DNA of 64,000 nt. Source: Picochlorum sp. SENEW3. Lineage: Eukaryota. The translations under genes were made by a program, and so were the position numbers. Under the pieces are notes generated by a model that worked only from the letters and a program-made list of their open reading frames with translations, was not told the origin of the DNA and searched no databases. Where the stretch lies: positions 372,001 through 436,000 of the forward strand of contig CP120459.1 in NCBI GenBank assembly GCA_034226945.1, written 5' to 3'. Every line of letters begins with the position of its first letter. The stretch's first letter is position 1. Below, piece after piece: positions 10,774 to 22,646 of this stretch.

Positions 10774-10949
10774 TGATGATGTTGGTGGTGATGAGAAAAT
10801 ACCTATACCAAATCAGCAGCAGCCTGATGTACCAAACATATTTGGTTCTTTAAAGAAGAAGAAGATTTCATGACATTGCATTATTCTACTCGGTATGGCG
10901 TATCAACCGATGAATTTATATTTTGCATGATAATGTAAAACGCATCACC

Positions 10950-11741
10950 ATGGTGAGAACACGAAGATCCAAAGAAATAGAGGAAGAACAGGTGCATGAC
11001 GATTCTGGGAATGCGCAGGCATCGTCGGGAAGTGATAGCGACGACGCCCCAGAAGAGGTTTCATTAGCACATAGTAAAACTGTACGCTACTATATGTGTC
11101 ATATATTGATCCATACTGTAATGTGTGACGACGTTGTCTTTTTCTCTCTTTGGGAAACATGCAGAATGCTCTACGTGAAAGGAAACAAGAGCGATTGGTG
11201 CAGCGAGAACAGAAACAAAAAGACAAGGAAAAGCGAAACAAACGATTACAGGCGGCCCAAGCTGAAAAGAAGAAGGACCTGCGTCCTTCTGAAGAGGGCT
11301 TGGACCTCTTACCTGACACTGTCCTCGACGCTATTCGTCCACGACATGACGATGATGATGAGGAAGACGATGACGACGAAGAAGATAGAAGGGTGGTCGA
11401 GAGACGGATCGTCAGTGAGCAATTACGGCATGGTATTATGCAAGGCAAGAAGAAGAAGAAATTCCAGGACAAGACTGTTGGTCCAGTACGGGTCACAACC
11501 CTCACTGCCCACTCGTATTCTTCATCAGCAGGTATGATTTTGGGTCTTCTTGGAGTCGTTTGTACCATGTGATGATTTGTACATCATGATGATGATGCTG
11601 TTTTCTATATACTATAATATAGGGTGTGAAGAAGCCAAGGCTTTCCTTCAAAAGAAATTAGTACAACGACACAAGCGTTCCTATTCTGGTGGATCATCCT
11701 CATCGTTCGGACCAAAGAGACACGCATATACCTATTTTTAA
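10950..11741 (+). CDS. Small charged coiled-coil protein, 3 exons (weak NOL7/Bud21-like SDDAPEEVS motif)
   Basis: Three ORF pieces joined by GT-AG introns. The family assignment is weak. Confidence 0.5.
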
Positions 11742-11751
11742 TACACTATTC

Positions 11752-12171
11752 ATGGAAAAGGAAGAGGAAGGGAGATTGGAGACGTGGCGAGATGTGTTGA
11801 ACGGACTGCTGTGTTCAAAACGGATTGATGGATACGCATTGCTGGATACATCGACGGCGAATGTCGTATTAGGATTTGGTAATTTATATGAAGGATTTAT
11901 GATTCCTGATAGCGATGGTAGCGTAAGTGGGGTTGAAGAACGGGAAGCGTTGGTTCAGAGTGTACAGAGTGTGGAGGTACCGACGAGCATTCGGTTGAAA
12001 GGCTGTGGATTTATTGTTGTTCGTCGTGAGACATCATTTATATTCGGTGTGGGGCATCGAAAAAGGCAGTCTGTGTCGCTTCATTCTCTGTATGGGGGAG
12101 TACTGGTGGTGACGTATTCCAGAGTGTCATCTCCATCCTTGCAGGCTGTGTTGGGTGCTCTGATGGCATGA
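11752..12171 (+). CDS. Divergent profilin-like protein
   Basis: 139 aa; N-terminal W..VL helix, IRLKG.GFIVVR, and C-terminal VLVVTY fit the profilin pattern. Confidence 0.5.
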   Translation: MEKEEEGRLETWRDVLNGLLCSKRIDGYALLDTSTANVVLGFGNLYEGFMIPDSDGSVSGVEEREALVQSVQSVEVPTSIRLKGCGFIVVRRETSFIFGVGHRKRQSVSLHSLYGGVLVVTYSRVSSPSLQAVLGALMA

Positions 12172-12307
12172 GTACAGATTCATGTGACGATAATACCAGT
12201 CGAGTGTATTGTAGAAAATGATATTTATTCTGATAACAATTCCTATTCTTATATAGTATAAACACAACAAATATTGATATATATATATGAATGGCAGTGA
12301 GCCAGGC

Positions 12308-13161
12308 TCATGATGATGAGCCAAACATCGAGCTGGCAGCAGATCGTGCCATAGAGAATGATCCCGAGGCCAGATACGTCATACCTTGCGTTCCTCCTGG
12401 GAAGAATGATGCAATATAATACACGAGTGTAATGAACTGAGTGACACACATGGCAATGGAATATATATAACTGTGCATCACCATGGATGCATACATGGTC
12501 CCTACAAGACTTCCAATATATGCTGCATAGAATAATAATATAGTAAAAGTATCACAGAGGAAGGATTCTATGAGCATCTATCTCTATATAAATTCCAGGA
12601 GTAGTGGAAACACACCTGCAGTTGGGACAAGCCTCTCTTTTGATGTGATGCTCCCAAACATGGCCTTCCATCCCCGTAAAAATCCAAGGGATGATAGAAT
12701 CAACGCCGATCCCAGAGAGAATGTGATTGCGAATTTAGATGGGCGGAGAATAATCATGGGAAGAAAGATGAAAAAGGCAAGCAGCAACAGAAAGACTCCT
12801 ACTCCAGCAAAAGCAGCAAAGTACACGTATTGCGTGGTCCCTGGTACTCTGCATAACGTATGAAATTGATATAAAACCCATGCATATCGCTGCTGTGATG
12901 AATAAGCATGGATGCGTACGTTTGGACTCCCTCAACTACCGATGTTGAAGCTGCTGAAACAGAAGATACTGCATCCGTGGCCAATTTCTTCATGGACGCA
13001 GTGCCTTCTTCTGCACTTAATAATAATTTACCAGAAACGGATGATTTGATGGCATCTTTGGATTGATAGGATTTCCAATCGGAAAGAACTGACGCTGTTT
13101 CTGCTGGTGGTTCCTTGTCAGGAGCGGTTTTACCCGAGAACCAGCCACTAAACGAGGCCAT
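12308..13161 (-). CDS. SFT2: SFT2/Got1-family vesicle transport protein, spliced
   Basis: LRPSKFAITFSLGS, ERL and YYIASFFPGG motifs with four hydrophobic segments over several exons. Confidence 0.85.
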
Positions 13162-13936
13162 GGTGGATCTATTGATACTTTTAATATAAAGAATACAGTT
13201 TGTGGACGGATTGGAGTGCTACATGGCTGGAAGAAGAGGGATGATGATTTCAGAGAGCTATGCAAGTGTTGTTGAATTGGCAACACTTCACTGTTCATCA
13301 TCACGTGGACAATACAGCTGTATATGGCGTATGTGAGTTGTGATGATCCAATAGGGTATCTCTGCAATCGCAAGTGATGCTGATGCCGGGGCCATTGTCT
13401 TTCTTTCATTTTGAGAATGGAACGTTCCTCCTCCTCCTTCCTTCTCTGAAGTGAAATCGAGGCAGGCGCCCAGGTGTCGTTGACCATTGCCTGGGCCATT
13501 CACCACGATACATCCTGTTTTAGGCATGATATGTACAACTGATATAGTCAATATTAAAGGATTGATGCGCGTTTGGAAGCAGAAAGATTCACATTGATAG
13601 TGCTTGTGCGTTTGGAAAAGATTCAAGGGGTTTTACACATCCATCGATGACAAGGTGTCATGGATGTCCCTGTTGCGTAGTTCCAAGCTCTACTTTTGAT
13701 ATAATCATACATATATGTGATATATTTGATTTCGTTTGGGCTGGATTCTGCGAGTTGCTGGTGCTTTGTGAGTTTCGTTTTAAAATTGCGCTACCGGTCA
13801 AAGGAGTGGTTTGAGGGTTGGGCGGTGCGACGAGGAAAGGGTGCTCTTGTTCGTGCACATCGCAGTGCTTCAGACTGCATTCTTCATCTTCTATTGGCAT
13901 CGAGAAAGTATCTGAGATATATTTTGAGAGAAACCC

Positions 13937-16072
13937 ATGTCTTCGAATTGGGATTCGGTCCCTATCGGGGCCTTGGAGCAGGTAGGCACAGCAATTTTTT
14001 GGTAGAAGAGGAAGGAATTCGTATGACTCTGTTGCATGCTGTTGCAGATTGCGGAATGTCTTGGGGATGATTATTCATCCTTATCAAATATGAGATTAGT
14101 ATGCACAAGTTGGAGGGATGCTGTGTCGTCGGCAAGGATTTGTCTGTGTCCCAGAGGGTATGACGACAGCCCTGGTGCGTTTGTAAGACCACGGGTTTTG
14201 GACTTTTCTCGGCGTCAATTTTCTCCTGTCATGAAGAGTGATTATTTGCACAAGTTTCAAAAAGATTCTATGCGATTATTGGAGCGTTGTGTTCTCGATA
14301 ATATGCAAAGGATTGCATCCTTGTCAGCCTTGGCACCTACCATGGAGAATTGTTTGTTAGAATTATCCTTGCAGAATTCTGCAGTTACGGATGGTATGCT
14401 ATTGGATGTGCTGCCGAAATTAAAATTATTACGAGATTTGGATCTTCAAGGATGTTTGTATCTGCGGGGAGAATGTATACGTGGGCTTGAGTACACCAGA
14501 GAGCTGCAGGTGCTTAAACTGGGTGCATGTGGGATGGACCTCGTTGGTGCGCTGGATGCATGGAAAGCTGTGATGCCAACTCTGAAAAATCTGAGAATCT
14601 TGAATATTATGAATAATATCGTATCGGATGAGTGTATAAAGGAGTTGGTTGGATGCACAAAGTTGGAATATTTGGACATTAGAAAGTGTCCTGATGTCAC
14701 TCTGTATGAAGGCGTGTATCATTTAAGTAGAAGCCTCTCGCGTTTAGAAACGTTCAAGCTTGGGCCTTTATATCATTGTTCAACCGATGAAATATGGCAG
14801 ATGATTCCGAGGTTCAAGCATGTGAAGGCTTTGGAGATTATGGGAGCAGTAGAGAGGCATGTGAGGCCATTGACGGATGTGCTGGAAACGTCCATCTGGC
14901 ATGTGCCTCGTCTTGAAAAGTTGAGTTTGATGGATTCTCAATTTGATTGGTCGACCATGAGAGTTTTGAGTATTAGCTGTGGGGCAACACTAGAGTATTT
15001 GAATTTGAGCAGGTCTCAAAAGAAGAATGCTTTCTGGTGGGATCAAAGATTAGAGCACCAGGACACAAATGTGGCGTTTCCGAAACTAAAGGTTCTCAAG
15101 TGCAATAATAATAGAGACATATCTTTGACATTCTTGAATCATTTATTGGCCGCTGCGCCATCTTTGGAGGACTTGGATCTCAGTGGACTTTGCCTGGCTC
15201 CATCTGCAAAGACCACAAGGAGATTCCTCGTGTCAGGATACCAAACAGGAAGTCGACAATTGAAGGAAGTATATGAATTTTCAAGAATTTTGGGGTCTTT
15301 ACAGCATTTAGAAGTCTTAAAGCTAGCTGATACTCACCTTGAGGATGTACATTGCACCCATCTGAACCAGTTGGGCAACCTACAAATTGTTGACATCAGC
15401 AAGAATGCAGGGGTGACAGATGTACCATTTGATTCAGGGATGCAACAATGGAACAACATTAGGGTATTGAAATTATCGGGAACGCAGGTTAGCGTGAACT
15501 CGTTTGTTGCTGTAGGCACAGTTTTGGAGCAGTTAGAGGAACTGCACATCTCAGGGACTATACAGGGATTGCAAGAATTTTGCGAGTCGATCAGGTCTTC
15601 TCCGTTAAAAGAATTACACATAGAAGATTGTGAGAACTTGAATGACGAGTCTTTGGGCATCATCCTGTCCAATTGCCCCGAGATCAAGGATCTATCGCTC
15701 GCAGGATGTTGTGGTCTTTCTCCAGATGGCCTCTTGCAGGTGACCATGCTTCCCAAGTTGGAGAGGTTGAATCTTTCTCGTCTGCATAACGCACTTGATG
15801 ACGATACGCTACAGTGTATCGTATCAAACAACAGATCAATCAGTGAGCTTCACCTTTCAGGACATGAGAATCTCTCACGAGACAGCTTGGAGTTTCTCTT
15901 GAGTTCAGAAATGCTCCAATTCGTGGACATTTCGTTCTGTTTCGGCATCGGAAACGATGATCAATGCACAGACATTGTGACGAAAAGGGATTCTCCGATT
16001 AAAATCCGTCTCCCTCAGGGCACTTCGAGATTAGGGCTTGTACATGCAAGGCGAAGTCTCTCATTTGAATGA
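13937..16072 (+). CDS. F-box/leucine-rich repeat protein; intron 13982-14047
   Basis: Spliced N-terminus WDSVPIGALEQIAECL...RLVCTSWR is an F-box, followed by many LxxLxLxxC repeats. Confidence 0.85.
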
Positions 16073-16113
16073 ATGTCTCTCTGATCATGTAAATCTTTAC
16101 AAGATATCATCAT

Positions 16114-17501
16114 CTATTCCACTTTTTGCCTTTTTGAGGATGTATCATCTTGCTTTTTCTTCAGATACAAACCACACTCTACATGATTGGTGTATGGGAA
16201 TTGGTCAAACATGGCAAACCTCTCAATATCAAATATACTCGAAACTGCATCATAGTCTCTCTTCAGGGTATCAGGATTGCAACTGATGTACAAGATATTA
16301 TCAAACTCTTCCATCAATTTCCGCGTCTCGGGATCCAAACCAGCCCTTGGAGGATCCACAAGTAACGTTTTGAACGAACAATCCAACAGACCACTTCCCT
16401 CCAATCGCTTATACTCTTTTCCAGACTTCCACCCCTCGGTGAACTCCTCGCTCCTCATCCTCGCCACAAACACATTCGTCACATTATTCATCTCGAAATT
16501 CTTCCGTGCAGCTGCGACTGCAGATTTACTGACTTCAGTTGCAATCACTTTTCTAAAATTTGGTGCCACCACCGTGGTAAAATTCCCATTGCCGCAGTAC
16601 AGCTCCAACAAATCATGGTCTCCAGACCCCTGCGTACACGACACTGCCCACCCAAGCATGGAGGAGCACGTATATGCATTCGGCTGACTAAACGCTCCTT
16701 CAACTTGAACATATCGGACAGTATCCCTATCTTGAACCTCGAAAGCTTCAATCACTTCGTCTTTATCCAAGCAAATCTTTTGCTTTCGACTTCTTCCAAT
16801 CACATGTAAACACGTCAAACCTTGACAATCCGCGATAATCGATTCCCTCATCTTCTTCGCATGCTCTGTCCACCCATCATCCAACTTTTTATGATACAGC
16901 ATTGTCACCATTGCCTCCCCTGTCAATGTCGTATGAAAATTCACCTGGAACAACTTGTGCTTCAAAGCATCATTCTCCAGCACGAGCCTTCTCACATGCG
17001 CCATGAGCGCATTCACAAGCTCTGATGCTACAGGAAACTGATCCATTCGAATCTTTTTCGTACCATTAGGTCCATTCTCTTCCTTTTGATGCATCACATA
17101 GTACATATCATCCCCATCATGCCACACTGTGAATTCAGACCTGCACACATACTCTGAATCAATCGGTAATCGATACATCTCCCTCACAGACTGAATCAAA
17201 GCACCCACCTCATCCGATAATGCCGAGTCTTTGACTCAAAAACCTCCAACGCTGGAGGCCGATATCCACTAAAAAGAGCCTCCACACGCTCCTTCTTCTC
17301 CTTCAACTGAGGAGCATACTCTCCCTTCTCCATCCGCTCAATCACCGCAAGAGGCCCATCATTATTCTTTTTAATGCCATCGGATGCACTCATAGTGCAA
17401 ATAATTCGCTGTGCAGCGCACAATCGTGTTTTAAATGCGACAGTGGAAATCTGCTGTCTCCTACTTATCGACACCGTGGCCCCAACAAGCCTTGCATGCA
17501 T
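16114..17501 (-). CDS. trmA: tRNA (uracil-5-)-methyltransferase, bacterial TrmA-type; one intron
   Basis: HYRMR|SEFTVWHDGDD, FSQPN, DLLELYCGNGNF, VDPPRAGL, YISCNP and FDQFPYTNHVE. Start is uncertain. Confidence 0.88.
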
Positions 17502-17608
17502 TCCAAAATACATGAAAAATATACTATTCATTCAATCATTCATTCATCGATGCCAGGGTGTCATCTCTGGGATCAATGCCATACATGCCAGCCACATCTG
17601 AGTACCTC

Positions 17609-18343
17609 TCAGATGTGTAGCAATCTCAAATTTCTATCAATGAATCCAATGGTATCCTCCAATCCTTCCGATCTATCTGTGAGAGAGTATACCTCTGCTG
17701 CTGAATACACGCTCCCCACGATGGCCCTCTGCGTGTACCAACGAAGATCCAGGGAAGAATCCCCAGCATACCTGACAATGCAATCAGATAGTCTCTTCAC
17801 ATTCTCTACTGCGTATGCCGCCTCCCTTGGAGTCGCCTGTATAGCAAGAGCACTCGCCCAAAGCTGCCTATAAGGGCTGAGCATGGTGACTCTCTGTGTC
17901 AATCCAAACAACAATTTGTCATGTCTACTTGTCTGTGTCTCATCATGTGCTTTCTCTGCTTCTTCTTTCTCGAGAAGTTTTTCTAGCTCATCGTTACATT
18001 GTTCGTTAAAGTATTGCACTAATGCTCCAGGACCCCGAATCGCACCACAACTGGCTGGCGAAAGGGATAATTCTTCTGCTGCTACTTGAAGACTCTTCCT
18101 CGTCCACCCATGAGAAGGAACGTGATGTGATACAGCTCTGTCTAATATCTGGTCCAACATGGAATCTTTTTCAGTCATAAGGGAGCGTTTGCTAAGAAAA
18201 TTAATGACCTTGTCGTGTGAATTCAAGGACATGTCTTGACCACACAACAAGGCCCTTGCGATGCCCGACACCAGGGCCTTTCGGGCACCTGCAGTCGATC
18301 CTATGGCATGTAATGACATGATGAGTACATTATGGAATGTCAC
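17609..18343 (-). CDS. COQ9: Ubiquinone biosynthesis protein COQ9
   Basis: HVPSHGWT, AGDSSLDLRWYTQRA and D.SEG.EDT..F motifs. Confidence 0.87.
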   Translation of the reverse strand: MTFHNVLIMSLHAIGSTAGARKALVSGIARALLCGQDMSLNSHDKVINFLSKRSLMTEKDSMLDQILDRAVSHHVPSHGWTRKSLQVAAEELSLSPASCGAIRGPGALVQYFNEQCNDELEKLLEKEEAEKAHDETQTSRHDKLLFGLTQRVTMLSPYRQLWASALAIQATPREAAYAVENVKRLSDCIVRYAGDSSLDLRWYTQRAIVGSVYSAAEVYSLTDRSEGLEDTIGFIDRNLRLLHI

Positions 18344-18513
18344 ATGATGACAATGGGCATGAGACCTTGTGGTATGGAGACTGTCGCTTTAATGGTCTAT
18401 TTAGGGAGGAATTCGAATGCAAGTGAAGAGAAGGATGAGTCTGAGGCGACTGCCTGTTGCCATTTCGACCACATTTCGTGTGTTAAAGAATAATTATCCT
18501 AGTAGAAAAAATC

Positions 18514-19255
18514 ATGAAGAATTCATTCGAGACGCTAGAGGATATGGATGAGGAGCAGCAGAGGACAGTTCTGGAGGAAGAGTTTCAACGTTCTTGCACT
18601 GTTGGGACGAAGGGCACACAGCCACGGCATCTACGGGATGCTTTGATATGGATTGATTTGGAAATGACTGGTACGTCGTATTCTCATACACGTGAGATAC
18701 ATATGTATATGCCTGCAGGAGTGCATTCTTTTTTCCCATTCATACATGAATGCATACACTGTAGGATTGGATCTGGAGAAGGATTCTATTTTACAAATAG
18801 CCTGCATTGTGACAAATGGATCTCTATCGGAATGCATTGAAGGAGAAGAAATAGCGATACATCATAGTGATGAGGTGCTGGATGGAATGAATGAATGGTG
18901 TCAAGAGCATCATGGAAAAAGCGGCCTTGTAGACCAGGTTAGAGCAAGCACAGTCACCATGGCTGAGGCGGAGGAGCGAGTGCTGCGATTTATAGAAACA
19001 TATGCTGAGCGTAATTCTCCCATTGCTGGAAATTCTGTTCATGTGGATGTGCAGTTTTTAAAGAAATACATGCCTCGAGTGGCATCCTATGTCCACTATA
19101 GGATTGTGGATGTCTCCACCATTGGTGAGTTGTGCAGGCGATGGTATCCTAGAGTGCACAAACGGCATACAAAGAAGAATGCACATACCGCCATGTCTGA
19201 TATTCGGGAGTCTGTTGAACAGCTCAAGTTTTACAGGAAACATATTTTTAATTAA
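18514..19255 (+). CDS. ORN: Oligoribonuclease (Orn/REXO2); one intron
   Basis: LIWIDLEMTG|LD, AGNSVHVD, HYRIVDVST and HTAMSDIRES motifs (DEDDh). Confidence 0.93.
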
Positions 19256-19259
19256 TTCA

Positions 19260-20606
19260 TTAATCATCTTGTACAGACGTGTCTCTCACATGGACGAAGA
19301 CAGAGCCTTTATTTCCTTTGGTGATACGAATAGTATTGTCCAAGTACAACCAATCGACATATCCATCGGCGTCTGTTTCGATTGGAAGGGTAAATGTCAG
19401 AAATCCAAATTTGAAAAGGACGCGTGAGATGACCACTCTTGTTCGCGTTGCAGACACAGGTTCTGCACCGGCTTCTGCAACAATACTAATGCCTGGGAAA
19501 AGATCTACTCTGTTTTGAAGAGCTGTTCCATCAGCGCTGAGTATTTGCCAATTTTTCACCACCTTGACCAGCCGCTGTTGCAATGGATTGGCAGTTTCAC
19601 CTTGCTTTGTCCACAGCAGTCTCCAACCTCCACGGCACGCTGGACTATACGCTGGTCTCGGAATACCTGCTCCAGAGTCGAGAACATCGTCAATACACGC
19701 TTCAATGGATGCGTCTGATGTAGATGACGAAACAGATTCTAACAAGCGCTCCTGTGGTCCATTATCTTTCACGAGAACAAACAGGGTCCCTTTGTTTCCT
19801 CGAGACAGTCTGAACTGACCGTCTTTGCTTAAATATGTAACATCAAGCCACCCTTTCCTCTCGTCGCCTAGAAGCCGAAAGGGTACAGGATATGGAATTG
19901 TCAATGGAAGGGACTTGAAATAAAATGCGGCTGTATCAAACTGAAAATCAATGCGTGTGTGCACCTTGCTCGGCGGTTCCACCGAACTCGTACCAAGAAT
20001 ACCAAATGGAAGCCCCTTTCCTTTCCTCGGCTCAAAATCCGTGAGTGGCTGCGTATCTGTAGACCCAGCAGCCTCAACTTTTAAAAACCCTACAGTCTTG
20101 CCAAAATCCACAATGTTGTTCACCCGAACACCAGAAGGTCCAGACAGCACTTCCTGAAACACAGAAAACCCATCAACGCCGGTAAACGATCGTTGAATTG
20201 GCGACGCTGAGGACGGGCGCGTCGTATACAAGAGCCTCCAACGCCCCTGCAATAGCTTGGACTTTGTAGGATCTTTGACACCCTGTCTGCTCCTCTCCAA
20301 CTGTTCGACAGCTCGCTCCAAACGACTCTGCTCATCTGGACCGATCCCACTGACTCCACGTCCTTTCACACCTGACACAGCGTCCAAGATATCCTGCTCA
20401 GCGCTCGTCGACCGAGGCTCCACCATAGAAAGGGCAGCACGTGTCACAAGAATGGAACCCCTCGCATTCGCACTATTCTGCTTCTTCAATACCAATGTAT
20501 TAAATTTTCTATGCGATGAGATCTTTTTTGTGGTACTTGAGTGATATTGAGTTGTTGACACCAATTGGTTCACATGTCCATGGACATGTGAAGCAATCCC
20601 AGACAT
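19260..20606 (-). CDS. Plastid lipid-associated protein/fibrillin with two PAP domains
   Basis: Two GxWRLL(Y/W)T...(W/Y)L...RxxxGNKG repeats and a transit peptide. Confidence 0.87.
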   Translation of the reverse strand: MSGIASHVHGHVNQLVSTTQYHSSTTKKISSHRKFNTLVLKKQNSANARGSILVTRAALSMVEPRSTSAEQDILDAVSGVKGRGVSGIGPDEQSRLERAVEQLERSRQGVKDPTKSKLLQGRWRLLYTTRPSSASPIQRSFTGVDGFSVFQEVLSGPSGVRVNNIVDFGKTVGFLKVEAAGSTDTQPLTDFEPRKGKGLPFGILGTSSVEPPSKVHTRIDFQFDTAAFYFKSLPLTIPYPVPFRLLGDERKGWLDVTYLSKDGQFRLSRGNKGTLFVLVKDNGPQERLLESVSSSTSDASIEACIDDVLDSGAGIPRPAYSPACRGGWRLLWTKQGETANPLQQRLVKVVKNWQILSADGTALQNRVDLFPGISIVAEAGAEPVSATRTRVVISRVLFKFGFLTFTLPIETDADGYVDWLYLDNTIRITKGNKGSVFVHVRDTSVQDD

Positions 20607-20875
20607 GGCGCTGTCTCCTCGTTCTTCACCGCAATAGCCTTCAGGTCAGTATGATGTAGATTGTTTTAAATTCAAATGCAAATACATCCTCAGATATCAG
20701 CCATCACAAAATTGAACCATCACGTTATGAGTGGTCTAACTAAATAGAGAGTTTAAAAAAGTTTTCTGAACCACCTTGGCCATGTCATCATACGTGTCCG
20801 TTGCGACTCGAATACAAAAATAAAAGCAAATTTTTGTACGTGTAATACTCAATTATATTTAATTAGAACAATTTC

Positions 20876-21604
20876 ATGGTGAATTCTGTCGCAATAGCTG
20901 TTCCAGTGGGCATAGCAGCTGGGGTTTTTGCCCTCTGGCATGGCCTTACATACTATGAAGTGGACATGAAATGCGAGAAACCAAAGTATTCTGTCCTCAA
21001 AAAGCTTGGGACCACAAAAACATGGTATGGAAAGACGGTTCCCAAGGCCGAACTTCGTCGGTATGCCCCATACCTGGTTGCATATATTACCAGTTCTGGT
21101 GATTCCACAATGCGGGAGGCCCTTGGGTCTGGATTCCGCCAAATTGCAGGATTTATATTCGGAAAGAACACCAGTCCGACTGATGGGTCGAGCTCAAAGG
21201 TTGCCATGACCAGTCCAGTCACGTTGGAATATGCACAGCAGTCTGAGAAGATTGCCATGACCAGTCCAGTCGCAGCTGAATCTCTAGGGGATAACACCTA
21301 CAAGGTAGCATTTATCATGCCATCAAAATACACAAAGGAAACGCTGCCCAAACCCGTGAATGATAACGTCAAGATTGAAGAAGTCGGGTCACACACCATG
21401 GCAGCAATGACATGGAGAGGATCAAGCCCAAGCGAGCAAACCATGATGAGCAAGGCATCCGAGCTCAAGCTCTTGTGTGAACAAGAAGGATTGAAAACAA
21501 AAGGAAACATACATTTGTATCAATACCATCCTCCATTCGCCCCGGCATGGATGAGGATCAACGAGGTCCTGTATGAAATTGATGATATTCCTGCATCAAC
21601 GTAA
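20876..21604 (+). CDS. SOUL heme-binding protein
   Basis: E.PKYSV, GFRQIAGFIFGKN, duplicated K(V/I)AMTSPV, F.MPSKY and R.NEV motifs. Confidence 0.92.
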   Translation: MVNSVAIAVPVGIAAGVFALWHGLTYYEVDMKCEKPKYSVLKKLGTTKTWYGKTVPKAELRRYAPYLVAYITSSGDSTMREALGSGFRQIAGFIFGKNTSPTDGSSSKVAMTSPVTLEYAQQSEKIAMTSPVAAESLGDNTYKVAFIMPSKYTKETLPKPVNDNVKIEEVGSHTMAAMTWRGSSPSEQTMMSKASELKLLCEQEGLKTKGNIHLYQYHPPFAPAWMRINEVLYEIDDIPAST

Positions 21605-22441
21605 TTTCTCATATACTGTCCAAAATGTAACTTGCCACGGCCCTAATCGAAGCCATGTCATACCAAATCCCTTGTATAAGCCGGAAAGTCCTTCCTGATG
21701 CCATGTCTGCCTCAAGCAGTGGAGAGAACTGGAGTAGGCATGGGATGAATCATTCATCATCCTGGATTTGACCACATCTGCAGGCGTGGAAATGAGAGAG
21801 CTACAAAATCCAGAGAATAATGATGATAGAACATGCGTGCGTGTATCCGATGCTGACAAAGGTATTCGTTCTGATGCAACAATTGTAGTTTTGATCCAAT
21901 CATAGGATGTCAGCTCCCCAATATTCACCAAGGCTGCTCTCTGTACCGCTGGTCCACATCCCTTCCACATTCCTCGGAGACCCTTTTTCTCAGAATAAAG
22001 TACCCGAAAGGCATCAACCACGCCTGTATACCGCTGACGAGATGGAGGCTGGGAGGCATCAGCAATCAACCTGACTTTGACCAAATCAAATGGGGATGCT
22101 ACAAATTGACCCAATGCTCCAGACATACATCCAATAATCATCGACTCGTATAGCGATGGAACATGTCCTAGAGCATCCTTGAGCCTTTCAAACGTTGCAA
22201 TTCGTATACTAGTGTATGGGATGTGTCTCAACACAGCTGCACTGCACCCAGAATACATGCCCATGAGTCCCCTCTGTCCAACGACATGCCCCACATCCTG
22301 CATCTTCACTCTCCATCCTGCTCCCTGGGAGAGCTGCAATCGTGTCTTGATAAGATCCAAGGGAAAGGTGGCAGTCTCTGCAACACAGGCTGCTGTTGCA
22401 GCTGCTGCCAAGCGCTTCTCGTTTGCAAGAGATGCCACCAT
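21596..22441 (-). CDS. Mitochondrial carrier, uncoupling-protein-like
   Basis: Three PxDxxKxR motifs, plus QRAALVN and LRLGPW. Confidence 0.9.
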   Translation of the reverse strand: MVASLANEKRLAAAATAACVAETATFPLDLIKTRLQLSQGAGWRVKMQDVGHVVGQRGLMGMYSGCSAAVLRHIPYTSIRIATFERLKDALGHVPSLYESMIIGCMSGALGQFVASPFDLVKVRLIADASQPPSRQRYTGVVDAFRVLYSEKKGLRGMWKGCGPAVQRAALVNIGELTSYDWIKTTIVASERIPLSASDTRTHVLSSLFSGFCSSLISTPADVVKSRMMNDSSHAYSSSLHCLRQTWHQEGLSGLYKGFGMTWLRLGPWQVTFWTVYEKLR

Positions 22442-22646
22442 CCTGTATGATTCAGTTCTTCATCGCATATCAATAGATCGATATTTTTCTGGCGTGTGCC
22501 ATGTTGAGACCATGCCTAATTAATCATTGTGGGTTATGTCTTTGCTGTGCAAATCTGCAGATCTTCATCTAGAGATCTGTTTGGGGGAAGATCTGTATGG
22601 TATATTGTCGCCATTGGATGGGAGTAAAACCGCATTAAATATTTCG

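Noticed and set aside
13162..13936. Unusually long intergenic region with short ORFs, TGATGA/CTGA words and an imperfect GCGTTTGGAA..AAGATTCA direct repeat
   Set aside because: No recognisable protein motif and no convincing snoRNA box spacing or stem; left uncalled.
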